DNA of 64,000 bases from Eledone cirrhosa (GCA_964016885.1 OZ024741.1:333498001-333562000), one strand, 5' to 3'; counted from the stretch's first letter, positions 27,723 through 42,591 are shown. Translations and numbers: made by a program. Notes: a model not told the origin generated them from the letters alone.

Positions 27723-28919
27723 GAGAGTGGGATTGTTCGAGTGCAAGGCCTTTCCCCACTTAAAAGACCTTCAAAGCACAGGCCTTGCTTGTTCAGGATA
27801 TGTTACGGGTTCGTGTAGCTGACCGTAGCCTAAAGGTGCACCTTTTCTGTAATACTTAGCAGAGTTTGCAGCCACCATGTATGTTTGTATGAATGTATGT
27901 ATGTTTGTATGTATATACGGTCGGGTCACTCTTGAGTGCTACTGGTAACATGAAACCCAGTACAACCTGTCGCATGGTTGGGTTGTCGGCGACTAAACCG
28001 GCAACCACACCAACTTTACTTGGTGAGGAGGAGGATTTTGGACACCCTGCAGGACAAAAAACAAAACCTGACAAAGGGCAGAAGAACTCATAAGAGTCAA
28101 CGGCCATCCAAAAGTGTGTAAATATGTATATACACATGTACATATGTATGTATATATGTGTATATACATGGGTGCATGTGTATGTATATGCGCAGGAACA
28201 TAGAAATAGTCAAGCTGGACACCCGATCGTGCGGTTAAACCACTGGGAGTGAAGGACCCCTAGCCTTTGTCAGGGTATTCTTCTAGGAGAAGGCAACTCA
28301 GTAAACTGGGATATCTCCAATATAAAACCTGTGGCTCAGTAGTTTCGATCTTTTCTTCTTTTCAGGTTATAGCTACTGTCGCTCAGAGAGTGGGATTGGC
28401 TCAGTGCACAGTCTTCCCTCACTTTAAAAAATATCTTCACGCACAGGCATTGCACGATAGAATTAAAATATAATTATTAATAATGGTATATCGTGCAATG
28501 GCCATACTCGATAACGAGGGGGCAGCCATCATTATGTATATATGTATGTTTTTATGTATAATATATCAAAATTTATACCATTGGCTTTTTTTTACTTTCT
28601 TTCCTCACCTCTTTCAATTGTCAATTATGCAAACTCTTCTTGGCCCAAACTACATATGTAATTCTTTTTCTTTATGTAAAAAAAAAACATCCACTGATTG
28701 GGAATTTTTAGTGGATTGTACTTTGAATATGAGGAGGTCAAGAATATTGAAATACACGTCCATAAGTGCCTCTTGCCCTTTCTTTAAAGCTGTAAATTAA
28801 TTGCAGTTTATTCTCAATTTCTAGAACTTATCTCCTCTTGTCCCTGAGAGTCACTAAAATGTGTTACTAAGTTTTGTTTTAGTTTTCTTTCTCCAAATTA
28901 GAGAGTGAATGCATGTTTA

Positions 28920-29038
28920 CAGATGTGTGTGTGTGTGTGTGTGTGTGTATACACACACATAGATATATACATATATATACATATATATATATATATATGT
29001 ACAGAAATATATATATATAGACACACATATATATATGA

Positions 29039-29111
<73 letters not shown>

Positions 29112-30128
29112 CATATATATACATATATATATGTATAGAAATATACATATATATACACACACACACACACACACATATATATGTATATGTATATATACAT
29201 ACACATACATGTATATATGTATATGAATGTACTTATGTGTGTATATATCTATATGACAATGAGACACGTGATGCCCAAGTCAATACACCTGTATGCCTTA
29301 ATGGAGCCAATACTATTCATATTTTAGAGGCACATATGTACACATACATATACATATATATATATTTATATATACATACATATACATGCATATATACATG
29401 CACACACACACACTCACATATATATATATACATACACAGATATTTACATACACATATGTGTATACATATATATATATATATATATACATACAACAATTGA
29501 GGGTAAAAATACTTGCATATGTACACAAAGCGAGACCAACATTGTACTACACTGATTGAGAAAAAGACACAGGGGGGGGATGTAGACTAACACACACTCA
29601 CACACATACATACACACACATACACACACTCACTCTCTCTCTCACACACACACACACTCACACACACACACTCACATACATACACATACACACACTCACT
29701 CTCCCTCACACACACACACATACATACATACACATACACACACATACACACACTCACTCTCTCTCACACACACACACACTCACACACACACACACACACA
29801 TACATACACACACATATACATACACACATACACACACTCTCTCACACACACACACTCACACACACACACACATACATACACACACATACACACACATACA
29901 CACACTCTCTCACACACACACACTCACACACACACTGACATACAGTCACTTACCTACACTGTCGACTGACAGAGACATATATTCACAAACACAGACACAT
30001 ACATGTATATATGCATACATACACACACTCACACACACATACATACACACACACACACACACACATACACACACATACATACAGATACATGCATGCACAC
30101 ACTCACCAATGCTCACTAAGATTGACAG

Positions 30129-30178
<50 letters not shown>

Positions 30179-30366
30179 GCATACAAGTACACTGTGACAC
30201 AGACACTCACACACACAGAGTCAGAGAGACAGAAACATAGATCAGAGACAACCACACTGACACACAGACACACACAGACACACACAGACACACACTGATA
30301 TACAGACGCATACTGACAATCACACACACACACACACACCTTCACTCAGACTGACAGAGAGAGACA

Positions 30367-30422
<56 letters not shown>

Positions 30423-30575
30423 GAGAGAGAGACTCACAAACACACACACTGACACATATGTGCACTCTGATACACACACAGACACAGACTAAAACACAGC
30501 TGCACACACTGACACACAGATGCATATTGACATACACACACACACAATCTTACACCTTCACTCAGACTGACAGAC

Positions 30576-30608
<33 letters not shown>

Positions 30609-31229
30609 CTCACAAAATTACACACACACAGACACATACATGCACAGACTAAAACACTAACGTACACACAGACACACAGACATACACTGACACACACATA
30701 CACAGTTAGAGGCAGCCACTGACGCACACACTGACACATACATGCACTCTGATGCACAGACTAAAACACTGATGTACACACAGACACACTCTGACATACA
30801 GACACACTCTGACACGCACACAGAGTCATAGGCAGCCACTAATGCACACACAGACACTAACATACACACTCAGACACTGAGTGAGACTAACCCAGCAGAT
30901 TCTCTGTAGAACTGCTGGTTCTCTGCTACTCACTTAAGACTCAAACTCTCCAAGTGAATACTGTTGTCGCTCTACCGCAGGAAGAATAGTGCTCACTTTT
31001 CTACGAACACAAGTCTCCAGCCGTATTGGATCCAAATGGATAATAAGCCACAGGTAAGTCTATTTCTTTTCTCACCTATCCATTTTTTATTCGAATTGTA
31101 GGCCATTGAAAGAAAATGCATTGAAGCAGCTGAAGGAAACCATTCACCAACCACCATTGAGAAACGTGAGTGGAGAGGAGAAAGGATGCCAAGAGGAGAG
31201 AGGAAGAAGAGAAGGAGTGTAGTGTGAAC

Positions 31230-31288
<59 letters not shown>

Positions 31289-31521
31289 CAGAGATTTTTC
31301 ACCTGCTAATTACTAATTGACTATTTTCTAGCTGAACACTGAAAATATCTTGTATTACTGCTATTAATATTTCTATATTGATAGAAATATAGGTTTCTGT
31401 CCTTTTGTATATTGCTGCCTGTTGTGTACTGATGAAAAAACCTAATATATAACACACACATATATATATATATATATATGTATGTATACTTAATTTATTA
31501 TATATATATATACATACACAC

Positions 31522-31584
<63 letters not shown>

Positions 31585-31654
31585 TATATATATATATATA
31601 TATAATTTTAATTTGCAATACATACATATACACACACACATATATAAAGATACA

Positions 31655-31696
<42 letters not shown>

Positions 31697-31710
31697 CATA
31701 CTTATACATT

Positions 31711-31760
<50 letters not shown>

Positions 31761-32058
31761 TACATATACATTCACATATATACATACATACATACTTATA
31801 TATACATACATATACATATATATATATATCTATATATATATATGTGTGTGTGTGATATATATACTATATATCTATCTATACAGAGTTACTACTAGATGAA
31901 GGAGGAGAGGTTTTATGTTGAAAGGCTTACTACAGTTTCTAATAATTGTCACTGTGTTGTGTTGTGTAAGAGCAATCCTCTGTGATACTTGTCGATGAAG
32001 CAAAGTAATGTTTCTGTAGTGGGTCTCGACAACATCAGAAGCACAAAGTCACATATAT

Positions 32059-32113
<55 letters not shown>

Positions 32114-32160
32114 CATATATATATATATACATATTTATACATTCACATATATATACATAC

Positions 32161-32191
<31 letters not shown>

Positions 32192-32208
32192 CATACTTAT
32201 ACATTCAC

Positions 32209-32239
<31 letters not shown>

Positions 32240-32302
32240 CATACATATATATATATATACATACATACATATATATATATATACTTATACATTCACATAT
32301 AT

Positions 32303-32369
<67 letters not shown>

Positions 32370-32370
32370 C

Positions 32371-32405
<35 letters not shown>

Positions 32406-32498
32406 CATATATATATACATATATATATATACATACATATATATATATATATATACATACATACATACATATATACATACTTATACATTCACATATAT

Positions 32499-32573
<75 letters not shown>

Positions 32574-33235
32574 CATATATATATATATATACATACATAC
32601 ATATATATATATAAATATACATACTTATACATTCACATATATATACATACATATATATATATATATATACATACATATATATATATATACATACTTATAC
32701 ATTCACATATATATATACATACACATATATATATATATATATACATACATACATATATATATATATACATACTTATACATTCACATATATATATGCATAC
32801 ATATACATTCATATTTATACATATACGTATATATACATATACGTATAAAGGTTTCTGCCACCATAGAGATGAGATGAGAAGAAAAATGTAAAGGAGGGGC
32901 GGGGGTAGGAAAGAGGAGGGAAGGGTCACACACACAAACACACATAGATATATGCTCACACATACTCAATCACATACATACACATATACATACATACTCA
33001 CTCACATATATACACATATATACACATATACATCCACACTCACAAATATATATATATATATACATACATACTCATTCACATATATATATATATACATACA
33101 TACTCACTCACATATATACACATATACATACATACGCACTCACATATATACACATATACATACATACTCACTCACATATATACACATATACATACATACT
33201 CACTCACATATATACACATATACATACACACTCAC

Positions 33236-33268
<33 letters not shown>

Positions 33269-33700
33269 CACTCACTCACATATATACACATATACATACA
33301 CACTCACTCACATATATACACATATACATACACACTCACTCACATATATATACATATACATACACACTCACTCATACATATATATATACACATATACATA
33401 CACACTCACTCACATATATATATACGCATATACATACATACAAACACACACGCAGATATATGCTCACACTCACTCACACATATATATACATATACATACA
33501 CACTCACTCACATATATACTCATATACATACATACTCACTCACGTATACTCACACACACACAGATATATGCTCACACTCACTCACTCACATATATACACA
33601 TATACATACACATTCGCTCACACATATATATACACACTCACTCACGTATAGACACACATACATAGATTCACACACACATTCAATCACTCACATATAGACT
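28920..33700. repeat. Compound (TA)n/(CA)n/(GA)n/(TACA)n microsatellite field, interrupted by unique islands at ~30890-31430 and ~31880-32050
   Basis: Low-complexity sequence. Confidence 0.9.
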
Positions 33701-34639
33701 CATATACAAAAGCAATCACTCACATATCGACACACACTCACACTCACTCACATATAGACACATACATATACAGATACATACACTCACATATAGACACACA
33801 CATACACACACTCACACATACACACTTATACAAACACACACTCACTCACACATACAAACATATTCAAACCGATACTTACTTACACATACACATATATACA
33901 AAACCACACTCACTCACACATACATATATTTACAAACACACACTCACTCACACATTTACACACATATACAAACACACATTCACTCACACATACACACACA
34001 TACAAAACCGGACTGACACACACACACCTATACAAAACCACACTCACTCACACACATACATATATTTACAAACACACACTCACTCACACATTTACACACA
34101 TATACAAACACACATTCACTCACACACACACAAACACAAAACCAGACTTACATATACACACAACCACACTCACTCACATATACACATATACAAACACACA
34201 CACACAACAAAGATGGGTGTTGAAGAGGTAAGAATATGTAGTGCCACTGTAAAAGCCAGCTAAAATGTTGCCATAGTTACGGTCAACTACAGAGAGATGT
34301 GAACTTGTAAAGAAAAAAGAAAGGACATTTTTATTGTAACAATAGCTACCAAGTCAGTCAATCTTTATACTCTCAATCCAATCTCTTTTGCTTAACTGAC
34401 GATGCACACCGTGAAAATAATAATAATATTAATAATAACAATAATAATAATATCAATGACAACAACACTAACAGCAATAATAATAATGATAATAAATATA
34501 TAAATAATGATAATTCATAAATATTGATGATAATAATATGAAGGAAATAGATTTGTATCCTATAGTGGTTAAACTCTATCAACATCTTTTGGCGGAGGAA
34601 TCCTGTTTATAGTACCTAAATTATCTAAATAATTTTGTT

Positions 34640-34840
34640 TGATATTTCTATACATAGCGAAGTGATCTATATAACATATAAATGTACCAGTCTGTCTATA
34701 GATGGAGTTATATATATATATATATATATATGACAGTTCTATACATTGAAAGGTAGTCTGGATAATCTATCAGGTCTATATAATATAAAAATGTACCAGC
34801 GTGCATATAGATTGTGTATATATACATTATAGATGTATAA

Positions 34841-34872
<32 letters not shown>

Positions 34873-35375
34873 GCATACATATATATATTTATTAATAAAA
34901 CAGATTAAAGTTTAAGCAAGGAATCTGTTATTTTAATAAATATTTGCTCTAGGGTTCTTATATATTTGATATATATTTATCCTTATCGAGCTCTCTTTGG
35001 ATTTTAGTCTTCATATTTATTATTATTACTATATCTATATATATATATATATATAGATATAGATATATATATATGTATGTATGTATATGTATGTATATGA
35101 TATTTCTATACATCGAGAGGTGATCTATATAAAATAAATGTACCAGTCTATCTATAAATGGAGGTATATATATATATATAAATGTATATATGTATTTGAT
35201 ATTTGTATATATCAAGAGGTGGTCTGGATAATCTATCAGGTCTATATAATATATAAATGTACCAATCTATAGATAGATGGAGGTATATATATATTTGATA
35301 GTTCTATACATCAAGAGTTGAACTATATAATATAAAAATGTACTAATCTATCTATAGATGGAGGTATATATTTGA
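34640..35375. repeat. Degenerate tandem repeat of ~90-110 bp (tctatataatataaaaatgtaccagtctatctatagatggaggtatata..)
   Basis: Five copies near 34665, 34775, 35125, 35240 and 35325. Confidence 0.7.
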
Positions 35376-35515
35376 TATTTCAAATGTGTTTTGTTCTGAT
35401 CTTCAACACATATATTTGTTTCATGGTTCTTCTGGTTGAGAGACATTTTTAAGTAACAGTGAACAATTTTCAGTTTTGTGGCAAGAGTATGACCATAAAT
35501 ATATGTGCGTGAGTA

Positions 35516-35559
<44 letters not shown>

Positions 35560-35671
35560 CAAAGAGATATTTAATTTGTCATATTTTATCTCATGGGAGC
35601 GTACCAAAGTTTTGGTACCCTTGAAATAGAATAAATATAGTTTTATAAATATAGTTTCCATTTATTAATAT

Positions 35672-36140
35672 CATCATCATCATCATCATCATCATCGTTT
35701 AACGTCCATCCTCCATGCTAGCATGGGTTTGGACGGGAATTTTTCCACTTGAGGCAAGACTGGTTGTCTTGCTCGTATAGGACTGTCTGGTGGGTTTTCT
35801 ACGGCTGGATGCCCTTCCTAACACCAACCACATATACAGTGTGGAACTGGGAGGTTTTTACCGTGTTACCTACACGGCCACATTACAGCGTGGACTGTGT
35901 GTTTTTTTGTCGTGACACCTACACGACCTCATTTGTTTCGGGCTGGATGTTGTGGCACCAACATAACTTTACATCGAGAGGGGTGGTGTGGATGGGGTGG
36001 GGGTAGTGGGATGGGGGTGTATTTTGGTAAGAGGTGCCTTCTGACTGTAGGTTTCACTTTGTACTTAGGCAACGCGGGTCTTCTGTATTACTGCGTAACG
36101 CCAAAGAGCTTGGTCTAGTGACATTGTCTTGGAGAGGTGT
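35672..36140 (-). mobile_element. 5'-truncated RTE-clade LINE
   Basis: Reverse-complement homologue of 39480-39925 with (GAT)n tail. Confidence 0.8.
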
Positions 36141-36476
36141 GTGTGAGGTCGATACACACACACACACATATATATATATATCATAAAAGAGATCAAAGGA
36201 GGAAGTGAGAGAAAGAGAGATAAATGTGTATATATATAGATATAGATATATATATGAATGAAACAGTTCTAGTCCTGTAAAAGCCATTTCTATTTAGAAT
36301 AAAGATGCTTATACTCACCCAACATATTGAGTAGCTTCTTTAACTGTGGTCTGCATGCATCTCCTTCAGGAATCTACCTATTACATACATATGATATATA
36401 TATATATATATATAGATATATATATATATAGATATATATATATATATATATATAGATATATATATATATATATATA

Positions 36477-36661
36477 GGAAAATGTTTGACCCCGACGGCT
36501 GAGCTCACGGCTATTTCTGGACTAGTCCAGAAATAGCCGTCGAAATGGCTTGAGCTCTGCCGTCGGGGTCAAACATTTCCCTATTACCCTCTCTACTACC
36601 CTTAGTATTGACTACTCTGGTGCGTTATGGTCCATCTTGTTCCTTACCACATTTCCTTTGT

Positions 36662-36662
<1 letters not shown>
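36477..36662. mobile_element. Family G IR element with HHR 3' half
   Basis: IR 36477-36581; GAA-ATGGCTTGAGCTCTGCCGT-C-GGGGTC at 36542-36570; tail; (TA)n flanks. Confidence 0.7.
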
Positions 36663-36692
<30 letters not shown>

Positions 36693-36842
36693 GTATACAC
36701 CAAATAGGCATGCATATGCATACATATTTATATGTGTGTGTATATATCTGTCTGTATGTATGTATATCTATCTATATGTATGTATACATACAAATACACA
36801 TTGAAAGGTATGAAGGTAAAGTATACAACAGTTGTTGTTGAA

Positions 36843-36895
<53 letters not shown>

Positions 36896-37446
36896 TATAC
36901 ATATACACACATGTACAGATACACACATCTCTCTCTCTCTCTCTCACTCTTATCTCCTACATGTGTATTTCTATGTGTGCGTATGTGTGTGCGTATATAT
37001 GTACATGTGTGTATATGTATATATGTATATATGTGTGTGTGTGTATGCATATATATATATATATACATATAAATAAATATATACAGATATACACATACAT
37101 ATATATATATATTGCATAATACTGAATAGAAATCTTTCAGGTATGTACACTTGTGTAGGAATACATGCATTTGTATGTATACTTGCATATATGTGTGTGT
37201 GAGCATGTGTGTGCGTGAGCATGTGTGTCTGTGTGTGTGGGTATAGTCTATGTTTGTGTTTATGTGTGTGAGAATGCACAATGCATATAGGTATTTGATA
37301 CTCTACTCTTACACTTGCAGATGAGTGTGTATGAATGGCTGTGCATTTGTGTGTATCTGTATGTGTGTGCATATATATATGTATGTGTGTGTGTATATAT
37401 ATATATGTGTGTGTGTGTGTATATATATATATGTGTGTGTGCATGC

Positions 37447-37497
<51 letters not shown>

Positions 37498-37972
37498 CTA
37501 AAGTCTATCTTAAGCCAGAAGACTCATTTGGCCAGTGCTTATCCTGGTTTCATGACATGAAGCGACTGAGAGTACATGACTCCACCATGGACAGGATGCC
37601 AGTCCACTGCAGGGTTAAACCCCCAGCTATTGCTGGTACTCATTTTCAGCTGAGTATATGAAATGAAGTGTTTTGCTCAAGAACACAGCATACAACCAGG
37701 AACCGAACCCACAACGTTTGGAAGTCCAACACCTTTACCACTAGGCCACATGCCCCCCACAGTGTGCTACATGTATATATTCATATACATATAATTATAT
37801 ATATATATATATGTATATTTTTTTAGCATATGTTGGTTCTTTACCGACACCTCAGTATGCAGATTGGAGCACTCGACGAAGTATGCAAGTCGGTTTGTTT
37901 ACTCCGGAGTAATGTAAAATAATTAAGTCGAATAGGTAAAATTTGGCTTCGTTTATTATAGATTATAGATAT

Positions 37973-38027
37973 ACTGCTATATATATTTCGGTGACAGCCA
38001 TCATTGGCTGTGACGTCTTCAGGCAGT
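37973..38027 (-). ncRNA. Type I hammerhead ribozyme (family D1, inverted copy)
   Basis: Exact reverse complement of 38252-38306. Confidence 0.85.
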
Positions 38028-38251
38028 CCGAATTGGTGTGGGAAGGACAGGTACACATGTTGTTTAAGTGTGTTTTATGCTGTCAATACACCGATATGTC
38101 CAGCTCCTGGTTACGTTGTTATTTCTCTGAGGAACTGATGCCAGTTCCTGAGAGAAATAACAACGCAACCAGGAGCTGGACATATCGGTGTATTGACAGC
38201 ATAAAACACACTTAAACAACATGTGTACCTGTCTCTACCACACCAATTCGG

Positions 38252-38306
38252 ACTGCCTGAAGACGTCACAGCCAATGATGGCTGTCACCGAAATATATAT
38301 AGCAGT
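38252..38306 (+). ncRNA. Type I hammerhead ribozyme (family D1)
   Basis: ACTGC-CTGAAGA-CGTCACAGCCAATGATGGCTGTCACC-GAA-ATATATAT-A-GCAGT. Perfect 5-bp stem I, ACAGCCA/TGGCTGT stem II, palindromic stem III, predicted cleavage after 38301. Confidence 0.85.
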
Positions 38307-38714
38307 ATATCTATAATCTATAATAAACGAAGCCAAATTTTACCTATTCGACTTAATTATTTTATATATATGTATATGTGTATATATGTGCATAGGTATG
38401 CTTTTGCCTATTATTATGGCTATTTCCTGGTTTGTGTATATGTATATGAGTATATCAGTATAAATTTGAAGGAGAGACAGACTGAGGACAGACAGACAGA
38501 AATAATATATGTATATATTCTTTTACTAGTTTCAGTACTAGACTGCATCCATGCAGGAGCACTATATATATATATATATATATGTATGTGTTTATATATA
38601 TATATATATACACATATATATATACTGGAATTGAACTATCAAGACAGTTGAGGTACATATATATATATATGTATATATGTATGTATATATATATATATAT
38701 ATGGGGGGGGTTAA

Positions 38715-39100
38715 AGGGCATCCAGCGGTAAAATCCCTGGCCAATTTCACAGTCCCATCGGAACAATGTTCAGAGTGGGGCCAGACTTGTCTCCCGACGT
38801 CATCATCATCACCGTTTAGTGTCAATTTTCCATGCTTGCACGGATCAGACAGGTTGTCCATGTCGGGAGACAAGTCTGGCCAGAATTGGCCACTCTGAAC
38901 ATTGTTCCGATGGGACTGTGAATTTGGCCAGGGATTTTACAGCTGGATGCCCTACCTAATACCAAACACACACACACACACACATGGAAAATTGACACTA
39001 AACGGTGATGATGATGACAATATATATATAAATATATATATATATTGTCATCATCATCACCATTTAGTGTCAATTTTCCATGCTTGCATGGGTCAGACTG
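38715..39100. repeat. Two inverted duplications of an RTE-tailed element
   Basis: 38715-38798 vs 38862-38953, and 38983-39027 vs ~39037-39082 around (TA)n. Confidence 0.8.
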
Positions 39101-39125
39101 GTATATACATATATATGTATGTGTG

Positions 39126-39193
<68 letters not shown>

Positions 39194-39248
39194 TATCATA
39201 TATATACATATATATATATATAGATATATATATATATACATATATATC

Positions 39249-39281
<33 letters not shown>

Positions 39282-39384
39282 GATATATATATATACATAT
39301 ATATCATATATATACATATATATCATATATATACATATATATCATATATATACATATATATCATATATATACATATATATATAT

Positions 39385-39925
39385 AAAAAGTGCAGGGCGA
39401 TCAAAATTGATGGTAGTTACGGAGTAGGTAGACCCAGAAAAACCTGGGATGATCTGATAAATTCCGACCTTACACACTTACATCTCTCTAAGACAATGTC
39501 TCTGGACCGAGATCTTTGGCGCTACACAGTAATACAGAAGACCCGCCTTGCCTATGTACAAAGTGAAACCTACAATCAATAGGCACCTCTTAACCAAATA
39601 TACACCCCAATCTACTACCCCTACCCTATCCTCCCACTCCCACCAACAGCATGAGATAATGAGATTGAGATTGTGTAGGTGTCACGACAAAAAACACACA
39701 GTCCGCGCTGTAATGTGGCCGTGTAGGTAACACGGTAAAAAGTTCCCAGTTCCACACTGTAAATGTGGTTGGTTTTAGTAAGGGCATCCAGCCGTAGAAA
39801 ACCTGCCAGACAGTCCTATATGAGCGAGACACGCTCACCCGACCAGCCATGCCTCAAGTGGGACAACTCCCGTCTAACCCATGCTAGACGTTAAACGAAG
39901 ATGATGATGATGATGATGATGATGA
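39385..39925 (+). mobile_element. 5'-truncated RTE-clade LINE (ORF C-terminus, 3' UTR, (GAT)n tail)
   Basis: Peptide KCRAIKIDGSYGVGRPRKTWDDLINSDL..DRDLWRYTV; ends gacgttaaacgaagatgatgatg. Confidence 0.85.
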
Positions 39926-39971
39926 TATATACATATATATCATATATATACATATATATCAAATATATACA

Positions 39972-40003
<32 letters not shown>

Positions 40004-40006
40004 AAC

Positions 40007-40100
<94 letters not shown>

Positions 40101-40101
<1 letters not shown>

Positions 40102-40310
40102 ATTAGTTACAACACTGACAAGTACAGGTACTTAAATTACATTGGGTTATCCCAACTCATTCATCCTGATATATAGGCTGATCAGGTGGGGTATATAACC
40201 CAACGAAACTTAAGTATCTGTGTATGTCACTGTTGTAACTAATTATACTTAACTCATCCTATGGGCTGAATGTTCTAAACTCTTCGATATTTATACCAAA
40301 ATTCTACTAC
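40101..40310. mobile_element. Older IR element with two degenerate HHRs (family F)
   Basis: IR 40101-40245. Plus arm 40173-40221 reads ATAGG-CTGATCA-GGTGGG..CCCAAC-GAA-ACTTAAGT-A-TCTGT; minus arm keeps ATGA-GTTGGG..CCCAA and GTA-CCTG. Tail resembles family B. Confidence 0.7.
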
Positions 40311-40549
40311 AGTGTCATCATCATCATGGGTTAGATGGGTTCGTCCCATTTAAAGACAAGTTGGCTCGGGTGACTGTGTCTCATTTATATAGGAGTGTTT
40401 CTGGCTGGTTTCCTACGACTTGATGCCTTTCCTAACGCCAACCACATTTAATATAAAAATGGCTTCTACAGGACTAGAACTGTTTCATTCGAAAGAAATC
40501 ATGTATTGAGTACTTCATTTACTGTGGTTACCCCCGTTTAAATCTTGGA

Positions 40550-40593
<44 letters not shown>

Positions 40594-40594
<1 letters not shown>

Positions 40595-40731
40595 CGAAGG
40601 AAATGTGGTAAGGAACCAGGTGGACCATAACGCACCAAAGTACTCAATACTTATGGTAGTAGAGTGGGTAATAGGACTGAATTCAGTCCAGAATTAGCCG
40701 TCGAAACGGCTTGAGCTCAGCTGTCGGGGTC
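40594..40731. mobile_element. Family G element: inverted tail joined to HHR 3' half
   Basis: GAA-ACGGCTTGAGCTCAGCTGT-C-GGGGTC at 40703-40731. Confidence 0.7.
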
Positions 40732-40740
40732 TTACTTGTT

Positions 40741-40787
<47 letters not shown>

Positions 40788-42058
40788 TTGTGTGTGTATG
40801 GGATTTTGAAATTTCTGCAGCTATCATCATCTGCATCACCATTCCCACCTCCACCGCCACCACTGCCATAATAATAATAATAATAAGAAGAAGAATAATA
40901 AGAATGGTTTCTTTATAAGCCACACTGGACTCACATTAAGGAAACATTAAAGACAGTACAGGACGATACAGTGTGGGTTTTTAATAATATTAATAATATC
41001 AATAATAATCTACTTGACAAGAGAGGCTACTCATCCTCATAGCTACCTCCACTTAGTACTTTTACATTGTAGGCTACTCTTTTACAATACGAATAGGTTA
41101 GAGGTAGGTAGGTGGCTGGCTTTGTGTGTGTAAAGGACTGCTTTTGTGTGTGCGTGTGTGTTTGTTTATATTATTATTATTATTATTATTGTTGTTATAT
41201 TTCCATTTTTCATTACATTTTTTGTTTATATGATACTTTTTCTTTATTATTATTATCATTATTATTATTATTATTGTTATTATTATTATTACTATCATTT
41301 TATTTACATTTGTTTTCATCGCATTCTTTTTTTTGTTTTGTTTTTTGTTGTTGTTTTTTTTTGTTGTTTTTTTTTGTTGTTTTTTTTTCCTGATATTTTT
41401 CTTTGATTCTGTGTGTCATAGATTCTGTAATTCCTATTCTATTCCATATTTCTCTTCTTTATAATGTTGAGATATTTTTTAATTATTAAAAAAATTTTTT
41501 TTCTCCAAAGATCTCACAAACAATGAAAAAAAAAAGGCATTGTTTATTATTTATAATTCTTGGGAAATTCTAGATTTGAGCTGCTGCTGCTGCTGCTCTC
41601 ATTGTCTTTTGTCATGTTCTTCTTTTTTTCTATATTTTATGTTTCTTATAATTTTGTTTTATGGTTTTATCACCGAATTTGATTAAAAATTGAGAAAAAA
41701 AACAAAAAAAAACAAACAAAAAAATAAGAATCAGAAAAAGAAAGGGAAAAAATACTCATCTGTCGAATGATGCACTCATTTATGGAATGTGAATGCATGT
41801 GTGTGTGTCTGATCGCATTCCATGAAACAATTTCATCTATCACATGTGCCTGCATTACATACATGCATAGTCACAGATGTGCAGACATATACAGCAAGAT
41901 GCACTCAGACACTTGCAGACAAGCACAAACGGATGCACACACACACATACATGCATATATATATATGTGTGTGTGTAGGCAGATATAAGAATTTTATATA
42001 CATGCGTGTGTGTATATTTGCATATATACATATATATTTACAAACATATATGTGGTTG

Positions 42059-42090
<32 letters not shown>

Positions 42091-42249
42091 GTTATACATT
42101 CATATACATTCATATTTGGATACCAATACTCCCCCCTCTTCTTTGTTGTTTTCTATACCCTTGGTCATAGCATCTCATCTTGGCATTGCTTAGATCTCTT
42201 TTAGTACCATTCCTTATTTCTGTTTTATACCTCCACATAAACAAAAGCA

Positions 42250-42319
<70 letters not shown>

Positions 42320-42591
42320 TGCGTTTGTTTATATATATATGTGTTATATATATATATATATATATATACATACATATATATGTTATATATATATATATAT
42401 ATATATATATGCTACTGATGAAACATGTAATGATATTGGGGGTGGAATTATTTCAATTTCTCATATATTCTATAATTATTTTTCATGAATATATTTATTA
42501 CTTATTTATATTTATATGTCTAATATCTGTATGATGAGAATGGTTGTTACTATATATTATTATTATTATCATTATTATTATATTATTATGA

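Larger units (their letters stand above)
37825..38363. mobile_element. Long HHR-bearing inverted-repeat element (family D1)
   Basis: ~220-bp near-perfect arms 37916-38137 and 38142-38363; extra tail 37825-37915 on the left arm; (TA)n flanks. Confidence 0.85.

Noticed and set aside
31420-32045. Weak HHR-like strings at ~31425-31460 (+) and ~32000-32042 (-)
   Set aside because: Several core mismatches and poor stem I; indistinguishable from chance without a family alignment
31989-33665. Long YI/HT-rich ORFs
   Set aside because: (TA)n/(CA)n microsatellite artefacts, like most ORFs in the track
34390-34420. CTGACGA-TGCACACCGT-GAAA
   Set aside because: Runs directly into (AAT)n; no stem III or stem I partner, so it cannot be supported
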